From: an uncultured Lachnospiraceae bacterium
Lineage (GTDB): Bacteria; Bacillota; Clostridia; Lachnospirales; Lachnospiraceae
Assembly: GCA_947089585.1 (NCBI GenBank)
Contig: CAMULB010000001.1
Span: 440-64,439 of the forward strand
DNA: 64,000 bases
Direction: 5' to 3'
The position numbers and the translations under genes were made by a program. Shown piece after piece: positions 38,941 to 47,280 of the stretch; position 1 is the stretch's first letter; every line of letters begins with the position of its first letter. The notes under the pieces are model-generated. The model was given only the letters and a program-made list of their open reading frames with translations. It was not told the DNA's origin and searched no databases.

Positions 38941-39085
38941 GTCTAAAAATAATATTTATGATATAAAAATTTTTTTACATGATCCAGATGGGATCTTGAA
39001 GCTATCTAATTTGCGCCATTGCCTGAAAGAATCCGATCGCGTTGCGGAAGCATTTTCCATTTTACAGATCCCGTAATTTTCCAGA

Positions 39086-39210
39086 ATAAAGTACGAGCCC
39101 CCATGCGGTTTACAATCCTGCATGGGAGCCTTGAGACAATTAGTACGTTTTGGAGTGATTTCATCATACCACCATTCGATTGTCGAATGCTGTTGAATCA
39201 TGTCTCTTAC
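39086..39210 (-). repeat. Two-hairpin repeat element, copy 3
   Basis: The 85-nt part distal to the terminator-like hairpin matches copy 2 except for one extra T. The hairpin arms are changed in a compensatory way. Confidence 0.75.
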
Positions 39211-39263
39211 TATCGTAAATCATTGTCGATCTCTTTTTGTCGTATATTTGAATACATCATGAT

Positions 39264-39298
39264 AAAAAGCAAGAAAACAAGCAAATCATTTCTTGTTT
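39264..39298 (-). terminator. Terminator downstream of the Rpn-like remnant
   Basis: Minus strand: aaacaag (10-nt loop) cttgttt, followed by tcttgcttttt. Confidence 0.55.
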
Positions 39299-39310
39299 CC
39301 CTGCTTCTTT

Positions 39311-39934
39311 CTATTCATCGTCTTCGGCTGCACGAAGTTCTTCTTTTGTAAATCCCAGACCAATGATCTGCTCTTGACCAATTCCAGAGGATATCATTCG
39401 TCTGATTAATTTTATTCTTTCTTCGATTCTTCCTTGTTCGTGCCCTTGTTTCAACCCTTGCTCCAGTCCCCGCTCCAGCCATTTCTCAGCCAGCATCTCA
39501 CTTAAGTTGCACATACTTTCGATCCTCCTCTCCAGCGCTACGCTCATTTTGATCCCATAATCCCGTTCCAGCTTTCTCTTTTTTCCAAGCGGCTCTTCAT
39601 CCGACAGCAGCGTTTCCAGCATTGCAATCAGCTGATTCCTTGACTCGCAGACTGCCGCTTTTCCTCGCAGACGGATCACGTATGCTTTAATCAAATCCAG
39701 ATTCCGAAATTCCGGCGCTTCCCCATACAAGCTTCTTCCGGTCAGCGAAATCTCTGCGATCGAATCCTGCTTTTCTTCCTGATCCATCAGAATCCAAATG
39801 CTTCGCACTTTTTTTAGATCGTCATAATTGCTATGGTAAAACTCTACCTGCTTTTGCGCGGATACCATCCGGGACAGGTAATAGAGAATTCTGTTTTCCA
39901 GGTAATAGCCCAGCTCTCCGTGCGCTTCTGGCTT
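39311..39934 (-). pseudogene. 5'-truncated Rpn/YhgA-family (PD-(D/E)XK) recombination-promoting nuclease / putative transposase remnant
   Basis: The open frame back to a TGA at 39935-37 encodes KPEAHGELGYYLENRILYYLSRMVSAQ... and a C-terminal ERGLEQGLKQGHEQGRIEERIKLIRRM tail, typical of the family. The N-terminal nuclease domain is absent. Confidence 0.6.
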
Positions 39935-39985
39935 TCATTATATCATATGAAGTTCCTTCAATACAGGGTAATTTTAGACTTTTTT

Positions 39986-40058
39986 AAAAGATACAGGCTC
40001 CTATCGCGTTTACAATCCTGCATAGGAGCCTTGAGACAATTCGTATATGTGGGATGAT
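39986..40058 (-). repeat. Two-hairpin repeat element, copy 4 (partial; terminator hairpin plus conserved flank)
   Basis: aaaagatacaggctcctat...ataggagccttgagacaatt. It sits immediately downstream of the DEAD-box helicase stop and probably serves as its terminator. Confidence 0.7.
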
Positions 40059-40062
40059 CTCC

Positions 40063-41652
40063 CTACTTCTGATTCGCCGGCTCAATGTTGATAATCTGCC
40101 CCTTAATCTTGGCGTTCGCCATGGCGTGAAGCACTTCTCTTCCATATTCTCTGGGCACTTCGACAAAGGTATAGCGATCATACATATCAATCGCACCCAC
40201 CAGCTTACCCGGCATGCCGCTCTCTCCGGCAATTGCGCCGAGGACATCTCCCGGTTTTACCTTCTGCTTTTTGCCGATGTTGATGAAAAGGCGCACCATC
40301 CCCTCTTCTGCTCCGGTGTCCCCAAAATCAATCTCTCTGGCCGATACGCCTGCTGCCTCCTGCGTTCCCAGTGCAAGCTTTAAAAAAGCAGCGGCAATAT
40401 CCATCGCCGTATGATCGGAGTCATTGACAAACTGCTCGATCATGTCAATCGTCTTGTCAAGATCTTCTTCTTCAATCACGGAATCAATGTTCTGCATGAT
40501 TTTTTCCAGACGCATTTGCTCTACATCATCCATGCTGGGAATGGGACGGGCTAAAATCTTAGTCTTGCAATAACGTTGAATGTCTTTCAGCTTATAGACT
40601 TCCTTTCCCTTGACAAAGGTAAAGGCTTGGCCCAGGCGGCCGGCACGTCCGGTTCTGCCAATGCGGTGCACGTAATATTCATCGTCCTGAGGAAGATCAT
40701 AATTAAAAACAGCTTCTACATCATCTACATCAATGCCCCGTGCCGCTACGTCGGTAGCTACCAAAATCTCTGTTTTTCCATTGCGGAAACCGTTCATCAC
40801 ACGGTCACGCTGGGTCTGCTTCATGTCTCCATGGAGCCCTTCTGCAAAGTAGCCTCTGCCCTGGAGCGCCTGGGTGACTTCATCCACCATTCGTTTGGTG
40901 TTGCAGAATACAAGGGAAAGCTTTGGATCATACACATCCAAAAGGCGGCTTAAGATCTCTACCTTATCCTTGCGTTTTACATCATAATAATATTGTTCAA
41001 TATTGGGAACGGTCAGTTCTTTTTTTACAACCTTGATTGTAACAGCATTTTTCTGATATTTCTTGGTGATTTCCAGAATTGGTTTGGGCATCGTTGCGGA
41101 AAAGAGAATCGTCTGTCGCTCCTTGGGGAGATATTCCAGCACCGTCTCTATATCTTCACGAAATCCCATATTCAGCATCTCGTCTGCCTCGTCGAGCACA
41201 ATTGTAGTCACATGCTCGCAGCGAATCGTCTTGCGGCGCAGATGATCCATCACACGTCCGGGCGTTCCGATGATAATCTGTGCTCCGCCTTTTAAGGAGC
41301 GAATCTGCTTGCCGATATCCTGCCCGCCGTATACCGGCAGTATTTTGATTCCGTGCATATATTTTCCCAGACAGCGAATCTCTTCCGCCACCTGAATGGC
41401 CAATTCTCTGGTCGGGCAGAGCACCATCGCCTGCGTTTTTTTATTCTGACTGTCTACCTTTTGCAAAAGGGGAATGCCAAATGCCGCCGTCTTACCGGTT
41501 CCGGTCTGGGCCTGGCCGATCACGTCGCCGCCCTCCATCACCACGGGAATGGCCCGCGCCTGAATCGGGGTCGTCTCTTCAAAGCCCATCTCTTTGATGC
41601 CCCTCAAAATCTGCGGGTACAAATCCATTTCGTCAAATCTGATTGTTTCCAT
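40063..41652 (-). CDS. DEAD-box ATP-dependent RNA helicase with DbpA-type C-terminal RNA-binding domain
   Basis: AQTGTGKT, DEAD, SAT and HRIGRTGRAG motifs, plus a C-terminal GMVRLFINIGKKQKVKPGDVLGAI domain. Confidence 0.9.
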   Translation of the reverse strand: METIRFDEMDLYPQILRGIKEMGFEETTPIQARAIPVVMEGGDVIGQAQTGTGKTAAFGIPLLQKVDSQNKKTQAMVLCPTRELAIQVAEEIRCLGKYMHGIKILPVYGGQDIGKQIRSLKGGAQIIIGTPGRVMDHLRRKTIRCEHVTTIVLDEADEMLNMGFREDIETVLEYLPKERQTILFSATMPKPILEITKKYQKNAVTIKVVKKELTVPNIEQYYYDVKRKDKVEILSRLLDVYDPKLSLVFCNTKRMVDEVTQALQGRGYFAEGLHGDMKQTQRDRVMNGFRNGKTEILVATDVAARGIDVDDVEAVFNYDLPQDDEYYVHRIGRTGRAGRLGQAFTFVKGKEVYKLKDIQRYCKTKILARPIPSMDDVEQMRLEKIMQNIDSVIEEEDLDKTIDMIEQFVNDSDHTAMDIAAAFLKLALGTQEAAGVSAREIDFGDTGAEEGMVRLFINIGKKQKVKPGDVLGAIAGESGMPGKLVGAIDMYDRYTFVEVPREYGREVLHAMANAKIKGQIINIEPANQK

Positions 41653-41849
41653 ATATAATATAATTCCTTTCTCAGTCCTGGTGTATCATTCCGTTACATC
41701 CTTGTCAACCGTCCGATCACGCATTTTTTGTTCCATCTTTCAACAATAAGTAACAGTTCCGGCATTCTGCCCTGTTATAGCAACGATTCTGAAAAAATGA
41801 ACCGTTTTTCATCATAACAGACCACCCCTGCAAAGTCAACAATTATATC

Positions 41850-41878
41850 TTGACTTCTCATGCTTAATATGGTAGTAT
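41850..41878 (+). promoter_or_regulatory. Candidate promoter of the hemolysin III gene
   Basis: TTGACT, a 17-nt spacer ending in TGg, then TAGTAT. Confidence 0.45.
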
Positions 41879-41965
41879 GCAATTAAGTTATAAGTAGTTT
41901 TTAAAACTATGTGGTATCTTTTTTTCGTTTTTATCATATAATATCTATTGTTAGGAGATGATTTT

Positions 41966-42631
41966 ATGAAATTTCATTTGAAGGATCCCGGAAGCTCGAT
42001 TACCCATTTTATCGGTATGCTGATGGCTGTATTTTCCGCAACGCCGCTGCTGATCAAGGCTTCCACAAATCCAGATCGGATACACGTCGTATCTCTGGGA
42101 ATCTTTATTCTCAGCATGATTCTTCTCTATGGCGCAAGCGCAACGTATCACGCGCTGGATCTATCGGAACGAACCAATCAGATTTTACGAAAAATCGACC
42201 ACATGATGATTTTTGTATTGATTGCCGGGACTTATACGCCGGTCTGTCTGATTGTTCTCCCACCGAGAATCGGCTATGCGCTTTTGGCTCTGGTCTGGGG
42301 CATCGCTCTGGCCGGTATCCTGATCAAAGCTCTGTGGATTACCTGTCCCAAGTGGTTTTCTTCGATTCTGTATATCGCGATGGGCTGGGTATGCGTGCTG
42401 GCATTTACACAGCTGCTGAATTCCCTTCCGGCACAGGCGTTTCGCTGGCTGCTGGCAGGCGGTATTATTTATACGGTGGGCGGTGTGATCTATGCGTTAA
42501 AGCTGCCGATTTTCAATTCCAAACACAAAAATTTCGGTTCTCATGAGATTTTTCATCTGTTTGTTATGGCCGGAAGCGCCTGTCACTTTATTATGATGTA
42601 CTTTTTCGTCGCCAATATGCCTTTGCCGTAA
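41966..42631 (+). CDS. Hemolysin III / PAQR-family membrane protein
   Basis: Seven predicted TM segments, with HAL...DH and HEIFH motifs. ATG at 41966 lies 8 nt after AGGAG. Confidence 0.85.
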   Translation: MKFHLKDPGSSITHFIGMLMAVFSATPLLIKASTNPDRIHVVSLGIFILSMILLYGASATYHALDLSERTNQILRKIDHMMIFVLIAGTYTPVCLIVLPPRIGYALLALVWGIALAGILIKALWITCPKWFSSILYIAMGWVCVLAFTQLLNSLPAQAFRWLLAGGIIYTVGGVIYALKLPIFNSKHKNFGSHEIFHLFVMAGSACHFIMMYFFVANMPLP

Positions 42632-42633
42632 TT

Positions 42634-42888
42634 TTACGGCAGGGGCCTTTTTTGTAAAATCAATCGCAGCTTGTCCTCTTTTTTCATTCGCTTGATCGCT
42701 GCTTCCCGCTTCATCGCTTCCTGTCTTGTCTCAAACGTCTCAAAATAAACCAGCTTTACGGGCCTTCTGCTTTTGGTATATTTCGCTCCTTTTCCTTCAT
42801 TGTGCGCCTTCAATCTCTTTTCGATGTCGTTCGTCCAACCAGTATAAAGCGTACCGTCGCTGCATTTTAAAATATACGTCACATTCAT
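42634..42888 (-). CDS. GIY-YIG nuclease-family small protein
   Basis: MNVTYILKCSDGTLYTGWTNDIEKRLKAHNEG matches the GIY-YIG (URI) fold signature. Confidence 0.8.
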   Translation of the reverse strand: MNVTYILKCSDGTLYTGWTNDIEKRLKAHNEGKGAKYTKSRRPVKLVYFETFETRQEAMKREAAIKRMKKEDKLRLILQKRPLP

Positions 42889-43249
42889 TTGTTTCCCACC
42901 TATGTACGAGGCCAGCGGCCTCATTTATGTGAAGCAATCGGCAAAACGGTATCTTTCCATCAGAGACAGCACAGGTGCAGTAAAAAAAGACGATTGCGGA
43001 TTTTTTTCTTTCTATAGTATAAGCAAAAACGATCCTTTTGTGCCTGTCCGCAGCGCCGCGTCCTCCGAAAAATTTTGCCGGCCTTTGATTTCTTCATTAT
43101 ACAGGATTTGAGCTTCAAATTCAAAGTACTTTGTCGAATTTTATACTGGATTACACGATTACAGGTACAGCATCGCATCACCTGTGATACTGTACCTGCA
43201 TCATTGACTGAATCCGATTTTGTAAATCACGGATCAGAATCCATTGCTT

Positions 43250-44134
43250 TTACTGCAAAAATCCCATCGGGTCAATTGCCTCATTGTCCTTGATAATCTG
43301 GAAATAAAGATTTGGGCCTTCTACGGAATAGTATTTGGTCGGTTCGCTCACATAGCCGATCACATCCCCGGCTTCAACATAATCTCCGGCGTTGAGCGGA
43401 ACCTCCTTCAGTTGTCCGTAAACGGCGCTGTAACCGTCTCCCAAATCCACCGTCACCGTACATCCGGTTTCCGGCCGGTCGTATTCAATGTTGGTAACGA
43501 CTCCGTCCGCGACCGAGCTCACGCGATCGTTGACATTGCCCTGAATCACAAGGGCTTCATTTGTTTTATACTGATCCAACGTTGCAAAATAAATCGTTTG
43601 ATCCTTGCTGAAATTGAGAATCACGTTCCCGGAAAGCGGCCATCCCATCTCGGAAGCAGCGTCAAAATGAAGCTCAGGCTGGCTGGGAACCGCCGATGTC
43701 TCAGTTGTCTCTTCTTCCCCTGTCTCCTCGCTTTGAGCCGTTGTCTCTCCTTCTGTCTCTTCGTTCTCGTCCTCTTTTGCATTCTCGTCGTCTGCATCTT
43801 CCTTCTGAGACACAGCCTGATTGCTGGATGAAATCACATCGGGTTCATCCATAAAATCATCGTTTTCCGCCTCAATCATCTGGTCTACCGCCGCAGTTTT
43901 CGGCGTTTCCTTCTCTTCCTGTTTCCCTTGCTCCGCTTTTTCCTGTTTTGTCTTTTCTTGCTGCGCCAATTTTGCCTGCTGCTTTTCTGCCAGATCCTCC
44001 TGCTGCTTCTTTTCCTCATTTTGCTGGGCCACATAGACGCCGGTCATTCCCAGAACAGCCGCCAGCATCAAAGCTGCTGCCAGCAAATAAGATTTCTGCT
44101 TAAAAAACGTAACTGTTTTCTTATCCTTTTTCAT
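43250..44134 (-). CDS. M23/LytM-domain peptidase with E/K/Q-rich linker (membrane anchored)
   Basis: N-terminal TM, a long charged low-complexity region, and a C-terminal LytM-like domain (GDGYSAVYGQLKEV..AGDVIGYV). Confidence 0.75.
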   Translation of the reverse strand: MKKDKKTVTFFKQKSYLLAAALMLAAVLGMTGVYVAQQNEEKKQQEDLAEKQQAKLAQQEKTKQEKAEQGKQEEKETPKTAAVDQMIEAENDDFMDEPDVISSSNQAVSQKEDADDENAKEDENEETEGETTAQSEETGEEETTETSAVPSQPELHFDAASEMGWPLSGNVILNFSKDQTIYFATLDQYKTNEALVIQGNVNDRVSSVADGVVTNIEYDRPETGCTVTVDLGDGYSAVYGQLKEVPLNAGDYVEAGDVIGYVSEPTKYYSVEGPNLYFQIIKDNEAIDPMGFLQ

Positions 44135-44189
44135 GCTATCACCATCCATTTTCTATGATTTGATAATAGCATTTCCTCATTTTGCAATT

Positions 44190-45179
44190 TTAATCAGAAA
44201 TCTCAATATTTTTAAAATAAGTTTTCAAAATTTCCTGGTATCCGCTCCCCTGTTTCGCCATCACATTGGCTCCGTATTGGCTCATGCCTAATCCGTGGCC
44301 CAGTCCCTTGGTGACAATGCGGATTTTCCCTTCTACCTCTTTGAGATAGAGGCAGGCGGAAGGAAGCTCTAAGGCGCTGCGAAATGCTTCTCCTGTCACC
44401 TCCTGTCCCTGGCAAGTCACTTTTGTCACATATTCTGCATGATCACGCGCGGTCAGCTCTAAATCCTGCAAGGGATTTTCATCGGAAACGGAAATATCGC
44501 CAAATATGGTAATCAATCTTCTCGCAAAATCCTGTTTCTCGAAAAACGTTACCTTCAAATAATCCTCCGCCGGTATATCCTGCATGCTGTCCGTCCCTGC
44601 CAGCCAGGGCATTTGATCGCTGCCCAAAGCTTCTTTCGCACTGCGTGTCTGTCCGGCGCTGACCGCATGGAACGCAGCATAGGGGCAGGCTCCCTCGTAG
44701 GTAATGACAATCTCTCTGGTTGCCTCCACAGCTTCCATCGCTTTTTGGTAATTTTCCAGATAGCCATCTTCGCCCCACAGCTGCAGCAATTCCTCCTTGC
44801 TCGACGACACCGGCAGTTCTGTCCCCTCTTCCTTTGCTGCCCGCAGCATCGTTCTGGCAATCACGGCCTGAGCTTTAAGCGCCTCCATTTCATAATTGAG
44901 CGGCATCTGTGATGCAACTACGCCCGCTAAATATTCCTGCATTTCTGCATCCTCTTCTTCCTGCGCATCTGGTTCTTTCTCCTCTTCCTGCCCATCCGGC
45001 TCTTTCTCTTCTTCCTTTTCCTCCTTTCCTTTACTCGACGCATCGGCTGACGAACCGGATTCATCCATCGGTAAAAATGCTTCTTTTCCCTCCTTTCCCT
45101 GAAAGCATAATGTGATAATATATGGAAGGGCACAGGCCAAAAAAAGGATGCAAAAAAAGGTCTTAATCTTTTCTCTCAT
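44190..45179 (-). CDS. spoIID: SpoIID/LytB-domain lytic transglycosylase (stage II sporulation protein D-like)
   Basis: YLAGVVASQMP and GHGLGMSQYGA motifs. I chose the start MREKIKTFF (TM) at 45179; the track ORF extends to 45362. Confidence 0.8.
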   Translation of the reverse strand: MREKIKTFFCILFLACALPYIITLCFQGKEGKEAFLPMDESGSSADASSKGKEEKEEEKEPDGQEEEKEPDAQEEEDAEMQEYLAGVVASQMPLNYEMEALKAQAVIARTMLRAAKEEGTELPVSSSKEELLQLWGEDGYLENYQKAMEAVEATREIVITYEGACPYAAFHAVSAGQTRSAKEALGSDQMPWLAGTDSMQDIPAEDYLKVTFFEKQDFARRLITIFGDISVSDENPLQDLELTARDHAEYVTKVTCQGQEVTGEAFRSALELPSACLYLKEVEGKIRIVTKGLGHGLGMSQYGANVMAKQGSGYQEILKTYFKNIEISD

Positions 45180-45403
45180 ATGCTGCTCCTGATCCCGATG
45201 ATCTGACGTCCTGTTTCGGACGGTACAGTCCGAACCTGCAAATCTGTCAAACGATTGCGTTCGGACAATCATTTTTCTTGTCCTTGCAGTATATGATTTT
45301 GAAAAAAGAGATAGACCTTTTTCTAAATGTTCTTCTTTCTCAGACAACGATTCCCGCAGCACATACGATGCTCACGGGAATCAGCGGTTTGTTCTGTAAA
45401 AAA

Positions 45404-46429
45404 TTAGCCGGCGTAATATTCCTTCACTGCTTCAAAGAATGCGTCAATATTTTCCCATTTGGACATCGGCGGAATATCGCAGCCGGAAGAGATGACAAAA
45501 TTGGGATACTTGCAGCATTTTTCCATCAGATCCTTTGTTTCTTTCTTGATCGAATCTACCGTACCGTTGCGGAACTGGGAAGCGGGATCTACATTTCCTG
45601 CTGCCAAAACATCGGCCGGAATCAGCGGCATCATATCTGCCATGTCAATTGCATTGCCAAAATGAAGCACCGGCGCGCCGATTTTGAGGATGGAATCAAT
45701 CTGCTGAACCACCGAATTGCCGCAGTTATGGTATACCACAATAAATTCATCATCCTGCACGGCATCGACAATCTTCTTCATATAATCAGAGGAAAATTCT
45801 TCTGCCAGGCTGGGGGAGAGCAGGCCGGCTAACGGTTCGGCAATGACTACGCCGTTCGCTCCTACCCGCTTATATTCAAGACAATATTTGATGATGAATT
45901 GCGTCACCTTTTCCAGCACCGTATGTACCATATCTGGTTCATCATAGCAGTAAACCATCGCTTCGGACACGTCCATCAGTCTTCCGGCAAGAGAAAACGG
46001 GCCGATCACACCGGCAAATACCGGTCTGTCCTCAATCATCTTGACCGCCTTTTCAATTGCTTCGATGTAGATTGCTGTCCGTCCCGCACCGATTTCGGGA
46101 ATCTCAAGCGCATCCGCTTCTTCTTCGGTAGAAACTACGCTGCCGATTACTGTGGGAACCTCATCGTCAGAAAAACGAATCGTAGAGCCGAAGCATTCTG
46201 CTTCCAGCGACAAATCCATCAGGCTGACGGAGGCGGCGGCGTCTACGCGGTCTGCTACCAGCTTCATGCCTTTTGCCTGCAGATCACTGCTGGAAATCAG
46301 CTCTTTTACCGTAATGTCCATCATCTGAATGGCCGGGAAGGACAATACCGGCATTGGCTTTTTGCTGGATGCTGCCAGCGTATCTGCAACCCACTGCTTC
46401 ATATTTCTCTTCATATTCTTCTCCTCCAT
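45404..46429 (-). CDS. Uroporphyrinogen decarboxylase (URO-D) family protein, MtaA/CmuA-like methyltransferase type
   Basis: 341 aa with overall resemblance to URO-D-fold methylcobamide methyltransferases. This is a family-level call only. Confidence 0.65.
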   Translation of the reverse strand: MEEKNMKRNMKQWVADTLAASSKKPMPVLSFPAIQMMDITVKELISSSDLQAKGMKLVADRVDAAASVSLMDLSLEAECFGSTIRFSDDEVPTVIGSVVSTEEEADALEIPEIGAGRTAIYIEAIEKAVKMIEDRPVFAGVIGPFSLAGRLMDVSEAMVYCYDEPDMVHTVLEKVTQFIIKYCLEYKRVGANGVVIAEPLAGLLSPSLAEEFSSDYMKKIVDAVQDDEFIVVYHNCGNSVVQQIDSILKIGAPVLHFGNAIDMADMMPLIPADVLAAGNVDPASQFRNGTVDSIKKETKDLMEKCCKYPNFVISSGCDIPPMSKWENIDAFFEAVKEYYAG

Positions 46430-46529
46430 AAATTGAACATGCGTATTTGAACTGTTTTTAGTATAGAGGAATTATTTTAGATCTTCTGGCAAAAAAAGCT
46501 ATATTTTTTGTAAAAGATTTGGATATTTT

Positions 46530-47153
46530 TCATATAATCTGCAAATACTTTTGCAAGCTGTTTTGAAAAAAAGTTAAAAATCCGTCGTCTAATGCCACAT
46601 CGTCCTGGCATGTACCTCCAAGATCGTAATAGTAAGCTCCATTTGCAATATTTTTTGACAAACAATCCAAAGGAAATCCTTTTTGTCGTCTGGGATGGGG
46701 CACTGAGGTCAGCAGAAACGGTTCTCCGCTTAACGCGTCGTCCATACTCTCATAGCTGTGCGTCTGGTCAAGCACGAGACAGACAGCATTTTTGTATCTG
46801 GCGGTGAGATCGCCGTATGTCCGTGCCAGACCGGCATAATAATCCGTCATCTCTTCGTCACTCAGCTCCTTTCCCCCCACCCGGCGGACATGAACGCCGG
46901 GCTGCAAAGATTCTTTCAGCCCTTCAAAATATAAGCCGCTGTCGCAGGAAAAAACCGGCATCTGAAAAAACTGATAATAGGCCCATGCTTTGATCCGGGC
47001 ATTTTCCAACGGGGTCTGCCCGCACTCCTCCAAAACCGGCGGAGATTTTTCTAAATCCTGTAAGCCGATCAGCTCAACCTCCGGCAGCCGTGACAGATAA
47101 CGGCGCATCAGCTGCAATTTTCCTTCGTTGGTAGTTCCATATAACAGCTTCAT
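46530..47153 (-). CDS. Ham1/RdgB-family non-canonical purine NTP pyrophosphatase
   Basis: GTTNEGKLQ (xTxNxGK) and CDSGL motifs; 207 aa. Confidence 0.75.
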   Translation of the reverse strand: MKLLYGTTNEGKLQLMRRYLSRLPEVELIGLQDLEKSPPVLEECGQTPLENARIKAWAYYQFFQMPVFSCDSGLYFEGLKESLQPGVHVRRVGGKELSDEEMTDYYAGLARTYGDLTARYKNAVCLVLDQTHSYESMDDALSGEPFLLTSVPHPRRQKGFPLDCLSKNIANGAYYYDLGGTCQDDVALDDGFLTFFQNSLQKYLQII

Positions 47154-47171
47154 CCAATTGACCTTTCTTTA

Positions 47172-47198
47172 CGAAAATATTTTCGGAACATATTTTCG
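47172..47198. promoter_or_regulatory. Two overlapping degenerate LexA (Cheo-type) boxes
   Basis: CGAAAATATTTTCG (47172-85) and GAACATATTTTC (47186-97), compared with the Gram-positive consensus CGAAC-N4-GTTCG. Confidence 0.5.
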
Positions 47199-47207
47199 TT
47201 TTTTCGC

Positions 47208-47236
47208 TTGCATTTTACAAATATTTGTGTTATAGT
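47208..47236 (+). promoter_or_regulatory. Promoter of the radical-SAM operon
   Basis: TTGCAT, a 17-nt spacer ending in TGt, then TATAGT. Confidence 0.55.
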
Positions 47237-47243
47237 AAATTTT

Positions 47244-47257
47244 AGAACAGATGTTCA
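47244..47257. promoter_or_regulatory. LexA (Cheo) box with perfect GAAC-N4-GTTC core
   Basis: aGAACAGATGTTCa, 8 nt downstream of the -10 hexamer, around the expected transcription start. Confidence 0.65.
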
Positions 47258-47280
47258 TTTTATTGTAAGGCGGTGAGATC

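Noticed and set aside
38816-39201. Possible small proteins encoded in the two-hairpin repeats: a 39-codon ORF (MIQQHSTIEWWYDEITPNVLIVSRLLCSIVNCTGACTFL) in copy 2, and the 81-aa track ORF 38956-39201 in copy 3. A type I toxin idea was considered.
   Set aside because: A single-base indel between copies 2 and 3 shifts the frame, so the C-terminal peptides are unrelated. No Shine-Dalgarno sequence precedes the ATG. The differences between copies preserve base pairing rather than amino acids.
38644-39210. Possible CRISPR array suggested by regularly recurring sequence.
   Set aside because: The units are about 125 nt, far longer than CRISPR repeats. The spacing is irregular (about 45 and about 145 nt between units). 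The units are internally structured with terminator-like ends, and no cas genes are present.
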